Made by a program: the position numbers and the translations under genes
Notes under the pieces: model-generated
The model's input: the letters and a program-made list of their open reading frames with translations, nothing else
Told to the model about the DNA's origin: nothing
Database searches by the model: none
Source of the DNA: Candidatus Omnitrophota bacterium
Lineage (GTDB): Bacteria > Omnitrophota > Gorgyraeia > Zapsychrales > Fredricksoniimonadaceae
Length of the DNA stretch: 64,000 nucleotides
Assembly: GCA_903944345.1 (NCBI GenBank)
Contig: CAJARJ010000014.1
Location: 990 to 64,989 of the forward strand
Reading direction: 5' to 3'
In this document: piece after piece, positions 45,791 to 56,280 of the stretch
Layout: every line of letters begins with the position of its first letter
How positions within the stretch are numbered: position 1 is the stretch's first letter

Positions 45791-48076
45791 TTGTTCTTTT
45801 ATGATATATTTTCTTTCATGAAATGCCTGTCCGACATGGCCTCAAACCTTATTTGCGCCCTATCCCGCTGTAAACAAACGCCAACCATACGCTTGCTACT
45901 CCCTTTTCTTATCTGGCTGTACCTGTTCAAAGATTTCGTCAACGGAACAATTCCGGTATCCGTAGACAGCATGTTTGAATATTTTTCCGTCAAATTCTTC
46001 CTGAACAACCTCCTTAACGGAGTTTTTCCTTTATGGGATCCTTTCGTTTTTCAGGGCCGTCCTTTTATTTCGCTTATATCTGACAGCCTTTTTAATCCTT
46101 TAATCATTCTTCCCGCCATCCTGGTGTCTTGCGGAATCAATTACTACCACGCTTTTCTGGTCTTTATTGTCGTCTACTTCTTTATTGGTATGCTAGGGTT
46201 CTATCTCCTGTCCAGACAACTGCTGAAAAACGAACTTTTTGCTTTTATTGCTTACACCCTTCTGCTTTTTTCGGGATTAGGGGCGATGGTCTTTAATCAG
46301 TTTCTGGCCATTCTTTTATTCTGCCCTACTGTATGGTTCTTTTTCTTTCTGCTGCGCTTTGGCGAATCACCAAAAAAAAAATACGTTCTCGGACTGACGT
46401 TTGCGCTCATAACAATGGCGGGGTCTTACTACCCTTTCTATTTTATGACTCTGCTACTGATTCTGGTTGGCTACCTTACCCTTTTCAGTCACCAGACTTT
46501 ATTTCTTCTCTTGCGCCAAAGCGTTACCTTTATCAGCAATCATCGTCGCACCAGCCTGATCTGTCTTGTCGCCCTGATATTGGGATTACAGCCGCTCGTT
46601 TTCTACTGGCTCCGGGATCGGGCTCCCGAAATTGTATCTCCGGCCAGACACCAGATTTCCTGTATCCAGTCCGTTGACAAGTGTTTTCAGGGATCAAAGC
46701 TGGATCTTATTGATGCCACTATCCCTGCCAGTCTGGCTGAACGATTTAACATTAACCGTCCTTTTTCCAACCTCGCCGAACAGGACTTTTATTCCGATGA
46801 CATGTTTTATCTGCCCTTCCTGACGTATTTACTGATTGCTTTATCTATATTTACCCCTATTAGCCGCCACGGACTCATTCTGCTCTTTTCGTGTACAACT
46901 CTTTTTCTGATCTCGCTGGGCTATGCCACACCTGTGCATCCTTTTCTGTTTAAACACATCCCGTTTTTTGCCTACTTCCGCAACCTGTTTATTTTCAGCG
47001 CCTTCCTGCTTCCAATGCTGGTTCTTTTCTCTGTCTTTCAGCTAAAAACATGGTACGAGCAAAACCATCTGTCACTTTCCCGGTTCAAAAAATTACTCCT
47101 TTTTTCAATACCAGTTCTCCTGTTTTTCAAACTCCGATCTGATGGCAACATTCTGCCTTCAACCTATATAACGCTCTGGACTGGTACCCTGCTGTTTATT
47201 CCGGCAATTTCCGCAAAAGCCAACAGCAAAAAACTGTTTCTAACCGGCATCATGACCCTGCTATTGCTGGAACCTGTCGCGGTCTTTTCCCATTACAGAG
47301 ACAACCTCCCGGCAAAAAACCTGTGTCGCTACCCTGACGACCACGCAATCCCCGTTTTTTCTTTCACCAGGCCGCTCCGCTATGACGGACAGAGCTGTCG
47401 ATCATCGGAAAGATACCCTGAACTGGTGCCCAGCATGAGCCTGAAAGATTCCAACGGTCACCTGAACATCCTGCCAGACACAGTGTCCTACTGGCAATAC
47501 CTCCTTTACCTGACTGTAGGCGAATCCACCCTGAATCAGTACATTCAAAACAAGCTGATCCTTTACCGGCACACCCAAAATATCGAATCTTTACCGCAAG
47601 ACCAACGGACAGAGATTGTTGCTCGCCGGCTGCAATACACTCTCGAACCAGCACTGATCTGTGACCTGCCTCAAGAATCTTCAACACACCAGGAAGAAGC
47701 CACCGAAAGCCCTGCAGAAATCATCAAAGAAGCAAACCCTCAAATCAAAATCCTGCATTTTGACGTCAATTCATTACTATTATCTATCCATCTGAACGAA
47801 GAAAAATTCCTGGTCTACACCGGAGCATTCCACAGTGCCTGGAAAGTCCTTCTGGACGGGAAGCCTGCTCCTCTTTACCGCACCAATATTGCTTTTATAG
47901 GCCTCCGGATTCCTGCGGGAACCAGTATCATTGAACTAAGATTCGCGCCACTGGGGGGCATATGGATATACTGGATACCGGGCATTTTTTCCTGGTTTAT
48001 CTTTTTATGGCTGGCATTATGCTGTCTTAAACCGGATTCGTGCGACAAACGCGCCACCAAGGACAACCACCTTTAG
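45791..48076 (+). CDS. YfhO-like polytopic membrane protein (probable GT-C glycosyltransferase)
   Basis: FPLWDPF..QGRP, many TM segments, C-terminal AWKVLLDGK...YRTN.AF.G..IPAG...IEL.F.P; start uncertain (TTG 45791, ATG 45818 or 45836). Confidence 0.72.
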   Translation: MFFYDIFSFMKCLSDMASNLICALSRCKQTPTIRLLLPFLIWLYLFKDFVNGTIPVSVDSMFEYFSVKFFLNNLLNGVFPLWDPFVFQGRPFISLISDSLFNPLIILPAILVSCGINYYHAFLVFIVVYFFIGMLGFYLLSRQLLKNELFAFIAYTLLLFSGLGAMVFNQFLAILLFCPTVWFFFFLLRFGESPKKKYVLGLTFALITMAGSYYPFYFMTLLLILVGYLTLFSHQTLFLLLRQSVTFISNHRRTSLICLVALILGLQPLVFYWLRDRAPEIVSPARHQISCIQSVDKCFQGSKLDLIDATIPASLAERFNINRPFSNLAEQDFYSDDMFYLPFLTYLLIALSIFTPISRHGLILLFSCTTLFLISLGYATPVHPFLFKHIPFFAYFRNLFIFSAFLLPMLVLFSVFQLKTWYEQNHLSLSRFKKLLLFSIPVLLFFKLRSDGNILPSTYITLWTGTLLFIPAISAKANSKKLFLTGIMTLLLLEPVAVFSHYRDNLPAKNLCRYPDDHAIPVFSFTRPLRYDGQSCRSSERYPELVPSMSLKDSNGHLNILPDTVSYWQYLLYLTVGESTLNQYIQNKLILYRHTQNIESLPQDQRTEIVARRLQYTLEPALICDLPQESSTHQEEATESPAEIIKEANPQIKILHFDVNSLLLSIHLNEEKFLVYTGAFHSAWKVLLDGKPAPLYRTNIAFIGLRIPAGTSIIELRFAPLGGIWIYWIPGIFSWFIFLWLALCCLKPDSCDKRATKDNHL

Positions 48077-48103
48077 AAGCCCGTTCTGAAATGGTGAGAG
48101 AAA

Positions 48104-48382
48104 ATGATAAAGAATAAAACAAAAAAAACTGACCTTCAATGCAAAGAAACCTTGATAAACACATCTTTGTTCTGGATCTTTCTTGCAATCAGCGCGATCT
48201 GCCTTTTAACCAACTTCAATCTCGCTTTCCAATACTATCTCAATTATAATTGCGGCAAGCATAAACTATTTCCCGACCAAAAAGATTACAAAATTATCTG
48301 CTCCGAGAACAAGCTCTGGGCTTATCGAACCGGGAACCAGAAAATCATCACCTTCCTCCGCTCTAACCTGGAAAAGAAATAA
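48104..48382 (+). CDS. Hypothetical small membrane protein
   Basis: 92 aa, one TM, fills the gap between co-oriented genes; no recognised motif. Confidence 0.5.
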   Translation: MIKNKTKKTDLQCKETLINTSLFWIFLAISAICLLTNFNLAFQYYLNYNCGKHKLFPDQKDYKIICSENKLWAYRTGNQKIITFLRSNLEKK

Positions 48383-48405
48383 TAAATCAACTTCTTGCTT
48401 GACCT

Positions 48406-48867
48406 ATGACTTTAGCCCTAAACACAGCACAACACCTGATGCAGCTCAAACTTTCCCTGACGACAGCCGAATCCTGCACCGGCGGATTGCTGGCCAACAC
48501 CCTGACCAACATTCCTGGTGCATCCTCGTTCTTCCATACGGGCTTTATTACTTATGCCAACGAATCAAAAACACGTCAACTGGGAGTTTCTCCTGAAGTT
48601 ATCCGGCGTTTCGGAGCCGTCAGCGCCCAGGTCGCGCTGGCCATGGCTAAAGGCGCCCGCAAACAGGCCAAAACAAGCCTGGCCATTGCCCTGACCGGTA
48701 TAGCCGGACCGGGCGGGGCTACTGAAAAAAAACCTGTCGGCCTCGTTTTTATTGCTCTGGTGTCTTCCGAAGAAAATTCGGTTCAACGTTGCCTTTTTAA
48801 AGGCACACGACTGCAGATAAAAAAACAGGCGGTTGATACCGCCTTGACAATGCTAGGCCAAGTCTGA
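48406..48867 (+). CDS. CinA C-terminal domain protein (NMN deamidase, PncC type)
   Basis: TAESCTGG, GAVS, TGIAGPGG, KPVGLVF. Confidence 0.93.
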   Translation: MTLALNTAQHLMQLKLSLTTAESCTGGLLANTLTNIPGASSFFHTGFITYANESKTRQLGVSPEVIRRFGAVSAQVALAMAKGARKQAKTSLAIALTGIAGPGGATEKKPVGLVFIALVSSEENSVQRCLFKGTRLQIKKQAVDTALTMLGQV

Positions 48868-48870
48868 GCC

Positions 48871-49740
48871 CTACCCGCCTGACTCACCAGAGACTTCCCT
48901 GTCCAGATCAGACAGGTTGAACTCTATGCCGGCAGCAGTGACTGCGGAAGCTGTTGCATTCTCTACCGGAAAAATCACCAGGCGGACAAGATAATTACGG
49001 CGAGAACCATAATAGACATGAAAAACAGAATCCGGGGAGAAAACCGGATCTTTAAGCGCTTTTTGCAAACGCGGAAAAAGTCTTTGCAGCAGATATTTCA
49101 CCCGATCCATTCGAATGATCTCGCCAATATCCATCTCATCGACAAGAGTCTCTTCGCCCTGCCATCCCCGGGAAAACTCCGCTCCGCTCTGCAGAACTAC
49201 CCGAACGTGAAGTGAGGCGGTATCTTCCCCTTTGTCCAAAACCTGCTCAATCAGCCTTGCGAAAAGTTCGCTGATCCGCCCCCAGGCTGCAACAATACTT
49301 GTAAACTCGCCTGCCGAAAGATTAAGACCAGCCCCCTCCAAAGGAGGAAACCACACGGTCCAGACGGCGTGCACTTTCTGCCAGATATCTGAAAGAGAAG
49401 AATCCACCTCCACTGCACGGCGCATAATATTGCTCGCCTCAATGCGTGCATCGTAGGGAATATCCCGGATAAATTTGGCTTCAAGAGGCGTGCTGGGATC
49501 CTGCGGATCACGGTGTGTGATATACAGCATCGTGCCATCACTCCTGATCACCATGCCACCGGAACTTCCAGCAGACTGCTGGGGAATCACCAGACCATCC
49601 TCAATCACAACATCCAAGGGATCAAGCCCCCTCTCTGCAGCTGATGGCAACGTCAGAGTAATCGTGTGCCGATCCAAATATTGCGGAAACTTGTCCGGAC
49701 CTTCAAACCCGAATTCATGCAGACGACTGATGGGTATCAT
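48871..49740 (-). CDS. Hypothetical protein with a GGID-like tail (AAGIEFN)
   Basis: About 290-aa ORF filling the gap; ATG 49740 or GTG 49764; no recognised domain. Confidence 0.6.
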   Translation of the reverse strand: MIPISRLHEFGFEGPDKFPQYLDRHTITLTLPSAAERGLDPLDVVIEDGLVIPQQSAGSSGGMVIRSDGTMLYITHRDPQDPSTPLEAKFIRDIPYDARIEASNIMRRAVEVDSSLSDIWQKVHAVWTVWFPPLEGAGLNLSAGEFTSIVAAWGRISELFARLIEQVLDKGEDTASLHVRVVLQSGAEFSRGWQGEETLVDEMDIGEIIRMDRVKYLLQRLFPRLQKALKDPVFSPDSVFHVYYGSRRNYLVRLVIFPVENATASAVTAAGIEFNLSDLDREVSGESGG

Positions 49741-49776
49741 ATTCTGTCTTCCAAAACCGTACACTGGCGCGTGTGT

Positions 49777-49805
49777 AAAAAAAGCCCGGAGTTCCTCCGG
49801 GCTTT
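49777..49805 (-). terminator. Intrinsic terminator after the YccA/BI-1 gene
   Basis: AAAGCCCGGAG-ttc-CTCCGGGCTTT hairpin with U-tract on the minus strand. Confidence 0.85.
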
Positions 49806-49828
49806 AAAGGGACCAATCTGACCCGTTA

Positions 49829-50608
49829 TTAATCTCGACTTCTCAGCTTCGATAAAAGTTTCAAAATTTCCATATACAGCCAGATAAGCGTGACCATAAG
49901 ACCAAAAGCGCTATACCACTCCATGTACTTGGGAGCACCAGCCTCTTCCCCGCGCTCGATAAAGTCAAAGTCCAGAACCAGATTCAACGCGGCAATCCCC
50001 ACAACAAAAAGACTGAAACCAATTCCTATAATCCCACCTTCATGAATATAAGGAACACGGATATTAAAAAATCCCAAAACAATCGTCACAAGATAAATCA
50101 AGGCTATAGCACCTGTGGCGACCAGCATTCCGGTCCTGAACTTCTCCGTAACCCGGATCAAACCAGCCTTGTAAGCCATCAACAGACAAAACAACGTTCC
50201 AATCGTCAAAGCCACCGCCTGCATGACAATGCCTGGATACATCCGCTCAAAAAAAGCCGAGATACCTCCCAAAACAAAACCTTCACAAAGCGCATAGAGC
50301 GGAGCCGTCACCATGGACCACTCTTTTTTGAAGACCGTAACCAAAGCCAGAATAAACCCCAAAATTCCGCCTCCAATAATAAAAGGCATCCACATCCCGC
50401 TGGAAACCGGTGCAGCAGAAGCCTCATAACCCAGCATAACATCTGAAGCCGGACGCAATATCTGGCTCCAGATCCATGCCGCAGGCAGCAATACCAGCGC
50501 CAACAAAATTAAAGTCTTGTTAACCGCACCCTGAACAGTCATAACCTGACCACCCGCAGCAGAGTGTGAAAAAACATTCTCTCCTAAAACCGGATTTGAT
50601 GAACGCAT
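49829..50608 (-). CDS. Bax inhibitor-1/YccA family membrane protein
   Basis: MRSSNP, MTVQGAVNKT, LDFDFIE, EWYSAFGL.VTL.WLY.EIL. Confidence 0.92.
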   Translation of the reverse strand: MRSSNPVLGENVFSHSAAGGQVMTVQGAVNKTLILLALVLLPAAWIWSQILRPASDVMLGYEASAAPVSSGMWMPFIIGGGILGFILALVTVFKKEWSMVTAPLYALCEGFVLGGISAFFERMYPGIVMQAVALTIGTLFCLLMAYKAGLIRVTEKFRTGMLVATGAIALIYLVTIVLGFFNIRVPYIHEGGIIGIGFSLFVVGIAALNLVLDFDFIERGEEAGAPKYMEWYSAFGLMVTLIWLYMEILKLLSKLRSRD

Positions 50609-50623
50609 ACAACAACCTCCTGT

Positions 50624-51088
50624 TTAAAAAGTGTAGACTCCGCTAAAGCGGATCGCAACATGCAGAATCAGATTAGTATACAGCCCCGCCACAATATCGT
50701 CCAGCATGATACCTTTGGCTCCCCCTAAAGTCTCCATACTGTCAGCTGGCGGAATCTTGAACATATCAAAAGCACGGAAAAGAAAAAATCCAATAATCAT
50801 AACAGGGCCATACATGGGCAACATAAAAAAAGAAATCATGACGCCGGCAACTTCATCGATCACAATACAACCCGGATCCTTGCGGCCATAAGACTTTTCC
50901 GCAACTCCGGAAGCAACAAAGCCCAGAACGATAACCGCCGCCATAACCAACAAATAAGCCCAAAAGTTCCAGCGCAGAAACCACGCCAAAGCAAGCCCCG
51001 CAGCCGTTGCCAGCGTTCCGGGAGCCACCGGGAACTTCCCGCAATAAAAAAATGTTGCAATCATTCTTGCTATTTGTACGTTAATCAT
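50624..51088 (-). CDS. pgpA: Phosphatidylglycerophosphatase A
   Basis: APGT, KDPG.IVIDE, FRAFD..K, GIMLDD.VAG. Confidence 0.94.
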   Translation of the reverse strand: MINVQIARMIATFFYCGKFPVAPGTLATAAGLALAWFLRWNFWAYLLVMAAVIVLGFVASGVAEKSYGRKDPGCIVIDEVAGVMISFFMLPMYGPVMIIGFFLFRAFDMFKIPPADSMETLGGAKGIMLDDIVAGLYTNLILHVAIRFSGVYTF

Positions 51089-51659
51089 GGCTGAGCCTTA
51101 CAGAAACCGAATTAAGCCTGCGAAAATACTCTATGCCGGAAACAATAGTCAAGGCAACCACAATAATCATAAGCATATTAAGCACAAAAATCCAGAGAAA
51201 CCCGAAATTCCCTGTTGATCCCGTCGCCCGCTGCGCAAAAAGGCGGATCAAAAGAGCCAGAATGATGGTAACCATCTGAATGACTGTCTTTAACTTCCCC
51301 AACGTTTCTGCAGGAATAACCTGCCCCTTGGTCACCCGGAAAATTCTGGACAATGTAACCATAAGCTCTCTGACCGCCACCAGAACAACCAGCATGAAAG
51401 GAAAGAATCCTTCTGACGCAAGTGCAAAGAAAGCGGATAACGTCATAACCTTGTCCGCCACCGGGTCCATAATCTTGCCAAAAACCGTAATCAGACCATA
51501 ACGGCGGGCCAGATACCCGTCCGCCCAGTCCGTCACAGCAGCCAGCACAAACAGAAACAAGGCAGCGGCGGCAGCAGCCAATCCGGAAGAATAAAACGCC
51601 ATGACAAAAAAAATACTCAAAATCAGACGTAACACGGTCAATTGATTGGGAAGGTTCAT
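51081..51659 (-). CDS. pgsA: CDP-DAG-glycerol-3-phosphate phosphatidyltransferase
   Basis: MNLPN.LT, TDWADGYLAR..G..T.FG..MDPVADK, GKLKT. Confidence 0.95.
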   Translation of the reverse strand: MNLPNQLTVLRLILSIFFVMAFYSSGLAAAAAALFLFVLAAVTDWADGYLARRYGLITVFGKIMDPVADKVMTLSAFFALASEGFFPFMLVVLVAVRELMVTLSRIFRVTKGQVIPAETLGKLKTVIQMVTIILALLIRLFAQRATGSTGNFGFLWIFVLNMLMIIVVALTIVSGIEYFRRLNSVSVRLSHD

Positions 51660-52960
51660 GCCACCTCCCCGTTCAGATCATAATCGGTAGCTCCGGAAAT
51701 CCTGACCTCGACAAATGTGCCTGGCTTCAAAACAGTTTGGGAACGGACATAAACAACACCGTCAACATCCGGGGCATCATACTGGGATCGTCCAACATAA
51801 CAGTCAGGGGAATCCTCCTGACGTCCATCCAGAAGCACCCGCAATGTTCTGCCAATCATTTTTTCCTGGAACTCTCGCGAAATCGCTTGTTGTAATTCCA
51901 TAAGTTGATCCCGTCGCCGGCCGGCTTCTGCTGATGGAATCTGACTTTTAAGGTCGTAAGCCGGCGTATTTTTCTCGCGGGAAAAAGTAAAAACTCCCAC
52001 CCGTTCAAAAGGATAATCCCGGACAAAGCTCAACAATTCTGCAAACTCTTTGCGGGTCTCCCCGGGAAAGCCGGTAATATAGGTCGTCCGTAAAAAAACT
52101 CCGGGAATCTTCCGGCGCAGCTTTTCGATCAAGGCGATAGTTTGAGCTTTATTGATCCCCCGGTTCATTGCCTTCAGGATGCGGTCATTGACGTGCTGCA
52201 GCGGAACATCGATATATTTGCAAATCCGGGGTTCTGCCGCTATCAGGTCAATCAACCGATCAGTAACATGCGCAGGATAGGCATACAAAAGGCGTAACCA
52301 GCCAATACCCTTGGCTTTGGCCAATATACCGGAAAGCAGCACATCCAGACTGTGCGTGCGATAAAGATCCATCCCATAAGCGGTAATATCCTGTCCGACG
52401 ATATTCAGTTCCTGCACGCCGCGTTGCTCAAAGCGGAGCGCATCCTGCTCGATGGTTTCCCTTGTTCGTGAAACAAAGCGCCCCTTAAGAGAAGGAATGG
52501 CGCAAAAACTGCAATGGTTATAACAGCTTTCGCAAATTTTAAGATAAGCGTAATGCGGCGGCGTCAGCAGGGAAAGAGACTGGGACTGTCCGGAACGCAA
52601 GGCCTGCACCCCGACAAAAGCATCCACTTCGGGCAGTTCCTTGACCAACCGGGAGCCATACATCTGGGCCAGGCAGCCGGCGACAATAATTCTTTTGATC
52701 TTGCCCTGCTTCTTCAGATCTGCCAGAGACAAGATCATGTCAACTGATTCCTGCCTGGCCGCTTCAATAAAAGAACAAGTATTAACAATCACCGTCAAGG
52801 CACGATCAGGTGACAAAATATGATGCCCCTTGTGCTCGAGTCGACCGATTATGTTTTGAGAGTCCACCGTATTACGGGCGCAGCCAAGATTGATAACGGC
52901 CACCGAACCAGGACGGCTGTCAGAGAGTGCTTCGGGACTATAGTCTGGACGCAGGCTCAT
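51656..52960 (-). CDS. rimO: Ribosomal protein S12 methylthiotransferase
   Basis: LGCARNTVDS, NTCSFI, CYNHCSFC, WLRLLY.YP, APDVDG, TRAM domain. Confidence 0.92.
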   Translation of the reverse strand: MSLRPDYSPEALSDSRPGSVAVINLGCARNTVDSQNIIGRLEHKGHHILSPDRALTVIVNTCSFIEAARQESVDMILSLADLKKQGKIKRIIVAGCLAQMYGSRLVKELPEVDAFVGVQALRSGQSQSLSLLTPPHYAYLKICESCYNHCSFCAIPSLKGRFVSRTRETIEQDALRFEQRGVQELNIVGQDITAYGMDLYRTHSLDVLLSGILAKAKGIGWLRLLYAYPAHVTDRLIDLIAAEPRICKYIDVPLQHVNDRILKAMNRGINKAQTIALIEKLRRKIPGVFLRTTYITGFPGETRKEFAELLSFVRDYPFERVGVFTFSREKNTPAYDLKSQIPSAEAGRRRDQLMELQQAISREFQEKMIGRTLRVLLDGRQEDSPDCYVGRSQYDAPDVDGVVYVRSQTVLKPGTFVEVRISGATDYDLNGEVA

Positions 52961-53898
52961 TTCTCGACAGAAAGCCCCTGGGAGGTCACCCGAATTTTTT
53001 TGCCCTTTACATCCCGGCGGCTGAGTCGACCGACAGTCTTGCCGTTGACCTCGAACTCCAGCAAGTCCATATCATTCCCCGAAATTTCAATGACCTTACG
53101 GGCTGTCCAGGTTTCGGAATTACCTTTTTTAAGGACTCCCTGAAAATTGACATTTCCATCCAGGCGCACCACCAGCCATGAATTGCTTTTGGCTCGAACA
53201 GTAACCACAACACTATCCGTCATTTTGGGTGCAACAGCGACTGGAGCAGCCTTGGCTGGTGGCGGAACTTCAACCTTGACTGCAGACGGGACTTCCACCT
53301 TAACGGGGATCGGCTTGACAACAGGTTTTATTTCCTGCACCACAGGCTTGGTTACCGGCTTTACCGGCAGTCTGGCAGCAGGAACAGCTTTGGCAGAAGT
53401 GACTGTTTTGACCGTTGCCTCCCTGGCTTTAGTCTGCCCGTTGAAGAAACGCTTAATCATTATTCCGACCCCAAAACAGGCGCCAACCAGAAATAAGAAC
53501 ACAAAAATCAGGGCAAGAACCCCTGCAACCTGCCTGGAAAAAAGAATGCCCACAAGCGCGGCGGGAGCAGTTTTAGCCGCAGGCCTTCCTGCGCTTTTTC
53601 TCGCTGATTTAGCCAGAGATCCACTCGCTTTGGGATTAACCACTTCATTGACAACAGTCTTCTCTGAAGGAATCAGGGCAACCAGTTTCTGCGCGTCCAT
53701 CCCGAGATACTGGGCATAAAGACGGACAAAATTCTTGTAATAGAACGAGGAAAGCATGCGCACCTTATACCCTTCCTCGATTGCTTTCAGCGAATCAATA
53801 GGGATTTTGGTGGCTTCATGCACCATTTCCAGCGTTTCCGATTTGCGCTGACGCTCCAGTTTTAACAAACGGCCGACATCATTGATTTCTTCAGGCAT
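52957..53898 (-). CDS. rodZ: RodZ-like protein (HTH + TM + DUF4115)
   Basis: N-terminal HTH (FVRLYAQYLG), TM, Pro/Val/Lys linker, SWL.V..DG domain. Confidence 0.85.
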   Translation of the reverse strand: MPEEINDVGRLLKLERQRKSETLEMVHEATKIPIDSLKAIEEGYKVRMLSSFYYKNFVRLYAQYLGMDAQKLVALIPSEKTVVNEVVNPKASGSLAKSARKSAGRPAAKTAPAALVGILFSRQVAGVLALIFVFLFLVGACFGVGIMIKRFFNGQTKAREATVKTVTSAKAVPAARLPVKPVTKPVVQEIKPVVKPIPVKVEVPSAVKVEVPPPAKAAPVAVAPKMTDSVVVTVRAKSNSWLVVRLDGNVNFQGVLKKGNSETWTARKVIEISGNDMDLLEFEVNGKTVGRLSRRDVKGKKIRVTSQGLSVEK

Positions 53899-56194
53899 TC
53901 TTCACGGTCCCTTCCGGTTGCGTCCCGTCGACCGGTTGCGCATGCTCTGCCAGCCACTGCTCCCGGTCAATCATAATTGATCGCGACTTACTGCCTGCGT
54001 TAGGGCCAACCAGCCCTGCGCGCTCCATCTGATCAATAATCCGTCCAGCCCTCGAGAAGCCAAGACCAAGCCGGCGCTGCAGCATTGATGCCGAAGCCTG
54101 ACCGGTCTCCATCACCACCCTGACCGCTTCGTCAAAAATTTCATCCTTATCGTCTGCCGAGCCTCCGGCAACCGCGACCGGACGCGCCGTCACGGTATCA
54201 TCATATTTGGGTTTCTCCTGCTGTTTGATGAAATCGACCACCCGGTGAATTTCATCATCCGAAAGATAGCTGCATTGACCGCGGGTAGGCTTGGGATCCC
54301 CGGGGCGTAAAAACAACATGTCGCCGCGCCCTAAAAGATCGTCCGCGCCCTTCTCATCCAGAATGGTACGGGAATCTACCAACGCATTGACGCGAAACGC
54401 TATTCTCGCCGGAAGATTGGCTTTGATAACACCCGTAATCACATTAACCGATGGACGCTGTGTCGCCAGAATAAGATGTATGCCGACTGCGCGGGCCAAC
54501 TGGGCCAACCGGACAACCGCACTTTCAATCACCTTCCCGGATGTCTGCATAAGATCGGCGAACTCGTCGATCACCACCACAATATAGGGCATTTCAAAAC
54601 CCTTGGCATGATAAGCGGCAATATTTCGAACCTGGTTCTTGGCCAGCAACTTGTACCGGGACTCCATTTCGGAAACAACCCAACCAAGCGCCGCAACCAC
54701 TTTTTTATGATCCGTGATAGCCGGACACAACATATGCGGCAGATCGTTATACTGGTTTAATTCCACCATTTTAGGATCAACCATAATGAATTTAACTTCA
54801 TTGGGAGTCGCGTTAAAAAGAATCGACATGATAATCGCGTTAAGACATACCGACTTGCCCGAACCGGTAGACCCTGCCACCAGCAAATGCGGCATTGCTG
54901 CCAGGTCAGCCAGCATCGGTTTTCCGGAAATATCCTTGCCCAAAGCCAGCGTCAATTTGGACTTGCTGCGAATATCCCCGTTTTGTAAAACATCCTTGAG
55001 TACCACCGAAGCAGAGGATCCGTTAGGGACTTCAATCCCCACACGATTCTTTCCCGGGATCGGAGCCTGTATCCGAACCGAATGCGCCTGCATGGCCAGC
55101 GCGATATCATTGGAAAGAGCATTAATGCTCTGCACCCTGACGCCGGGAGCTGGCTCAATTTCATAACGGGTGATCACCGGGCCGCGCTCGATATCGGCCA
55201 CACGAGCAGCGACCCCGAAACTCAGCAGGGTTTGTTCCAGAGTTTTCGCTCCGGAAACAAGCAAACCCTGAACATTTTCCTGTGTGGCTTTCGGAGGATC
55301 CTGCAACAAATCGAAGGAAGGCAAACGATAAGCCCCCGCCACCAGAGGCTTGTCTTCCCGGTCTTTGGGCTGCACTACAACTTTTGGCTGCAATATACGA
55401 ATATTGGGAACTGCCGCAACCGGCTTGACCGGCACAACCGCAGGAGCATCCGTCTTACGATTATTCTTGCCCGCGGGCCCTTCCTGCCGGGAAGGCTTGC
55501 CTTTATCTTTTATCTCCGCCGCATCCTGGGCGTCATCCTCGACTTCATCTTCATCCCAGGCATTGTCCCTGGCTTTCTTTCTTGCAGGAGCGGCCTCCTT
55601 GCGAAACGATAGCATTAACGCCGACAACCATTCCCGGAATTTCTGCTCCCGCAAACCACGAGCCAACTCGATAAAACCCCGAGTCAGACGGACAAGAAGA
55701 GGAGAAACCAGAAAGTCCCCGGCTATCACCAGGCAAAGACAAGTCAGCGTCAAAGAAATAATATAGGCCCCGGCCATCCCGAAATAATTGACCAGAGCAT
55801 CAGCAAACAATAATCCCCCCAGACCCCCTCTCTGAAAACGGTCAGCTGTAACCGCAGAGCCGCTCAGACTAAAAAGACCGCTGATCACCACAAGCAGTAC
55901 AATCAAACTGCTCAATCGCCCAAAAGTAAACAACATCTGTCTTGAGGTAAAAATATTCCAGCTCCAGAAGAAAAGAAAGACCACCAGCAGGTAGGAACTA
56001 TACCCCAGAACAGAAAAAAGAATCCCGGCGCCATAAGCTCCGGCATGACTAATAAAGTTTTTAACCGGAATATTGGGATGCGTAGTAAACCAGACCAGAT
56101 CTTCCGGCACATAGGAAACAAGACTGGCTAGAATAATCAGCGCGAATGAAAGTAGAAGAATCCCTTTAATCTCATTGAGATGTTCAGGTCGCAT
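53891..56194 (-). CDS. ftsK: DNA translocase FtsK
   Basis: N-terminal TMs, GSTGSGKS, DEFADLM, ATQRPS, gamma domain SMLQRRL. Confidence 0.96.
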   Translation of the reverse strand: MRPEHLNEIKGILLLSFALIILASLVSYVPEDLVWFTTHPNIPVKNFISHAGAYGAGILFSVLGYSSYLLVVFLFFWSWNIFTSRQMLFTFGRLSSLIVLLVVISGLFSLSGSAVTADRFQRGGLGGLLFADALVNYFGMAGAYIISLTLTCLCLVIAGDFLVSPLLVRLTRGFIELARGLREQKFREWLSALMLSFRKEAAPARKKARDNAWDEDEVEDDAQDAAEIKDKGKPSRQEGPAGKNNRKTDAPAVVPVKPVAAVPNIRILQPKVVVQPKDREDKPLVAGAYRLPSFDLLQDPPKATQENVQGLLVSGAKTLEQTLLSFGVAARVADIERGPVITRYEIEPAPGVRVQSINALSNDIALAMQAHSVRIQAPIPGKNRVGIEVPNGSSASVVLKDVLQNGDIRSKSKLTLALGKDISGKPMLADLAAMPHLLVAGSTGSGKSVCLNAIIMSILFNATPNEVKFIMVDPKMVELNQYNDLPHMLCPAITDHKKVVAALGWVVSEMESRYKLLAKNQVRNIAAYHAKGFEMPYIVVVIDEFADLMQTSGKVIESAVVRLAQLARAVGIHLILATQRPSVNVITGVIKANLPARIAFRVNALVDSRTILDEKGADDLLGRGDMLFLRPGDPKPTRGQCSYLSDDEIHRVVDFIKQQEKPKYDDTVTARPVAVAGGSADDKDEIFDEAVRVVMETGQASASMLQRRLGLGFSRAGRIIDQMERAGLVGPNAGSKSRSIMIDREQWLAEHAQPVDGTQPEGTVKNA

Positions 56195-56236
56195 AACAGA
56201 TGGGGATGCTGTTTTTGGGAAAGGCCTGTCCGGTCT

Positions 56237-56275
56237 AAAAAAATCCCGGCATGAAGCAAACCTTCATGCCGGGAT
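56237..56275 (-). terminator. Intrinsic terminator after pnp
   Basis: 14-bp stem ATCCCGGCATGAAG / CTTCATGCCGGGAT followed by a U-tract on the minus strand. Confidence 0.88.
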
Positions 56276-56280
56276 AAATA

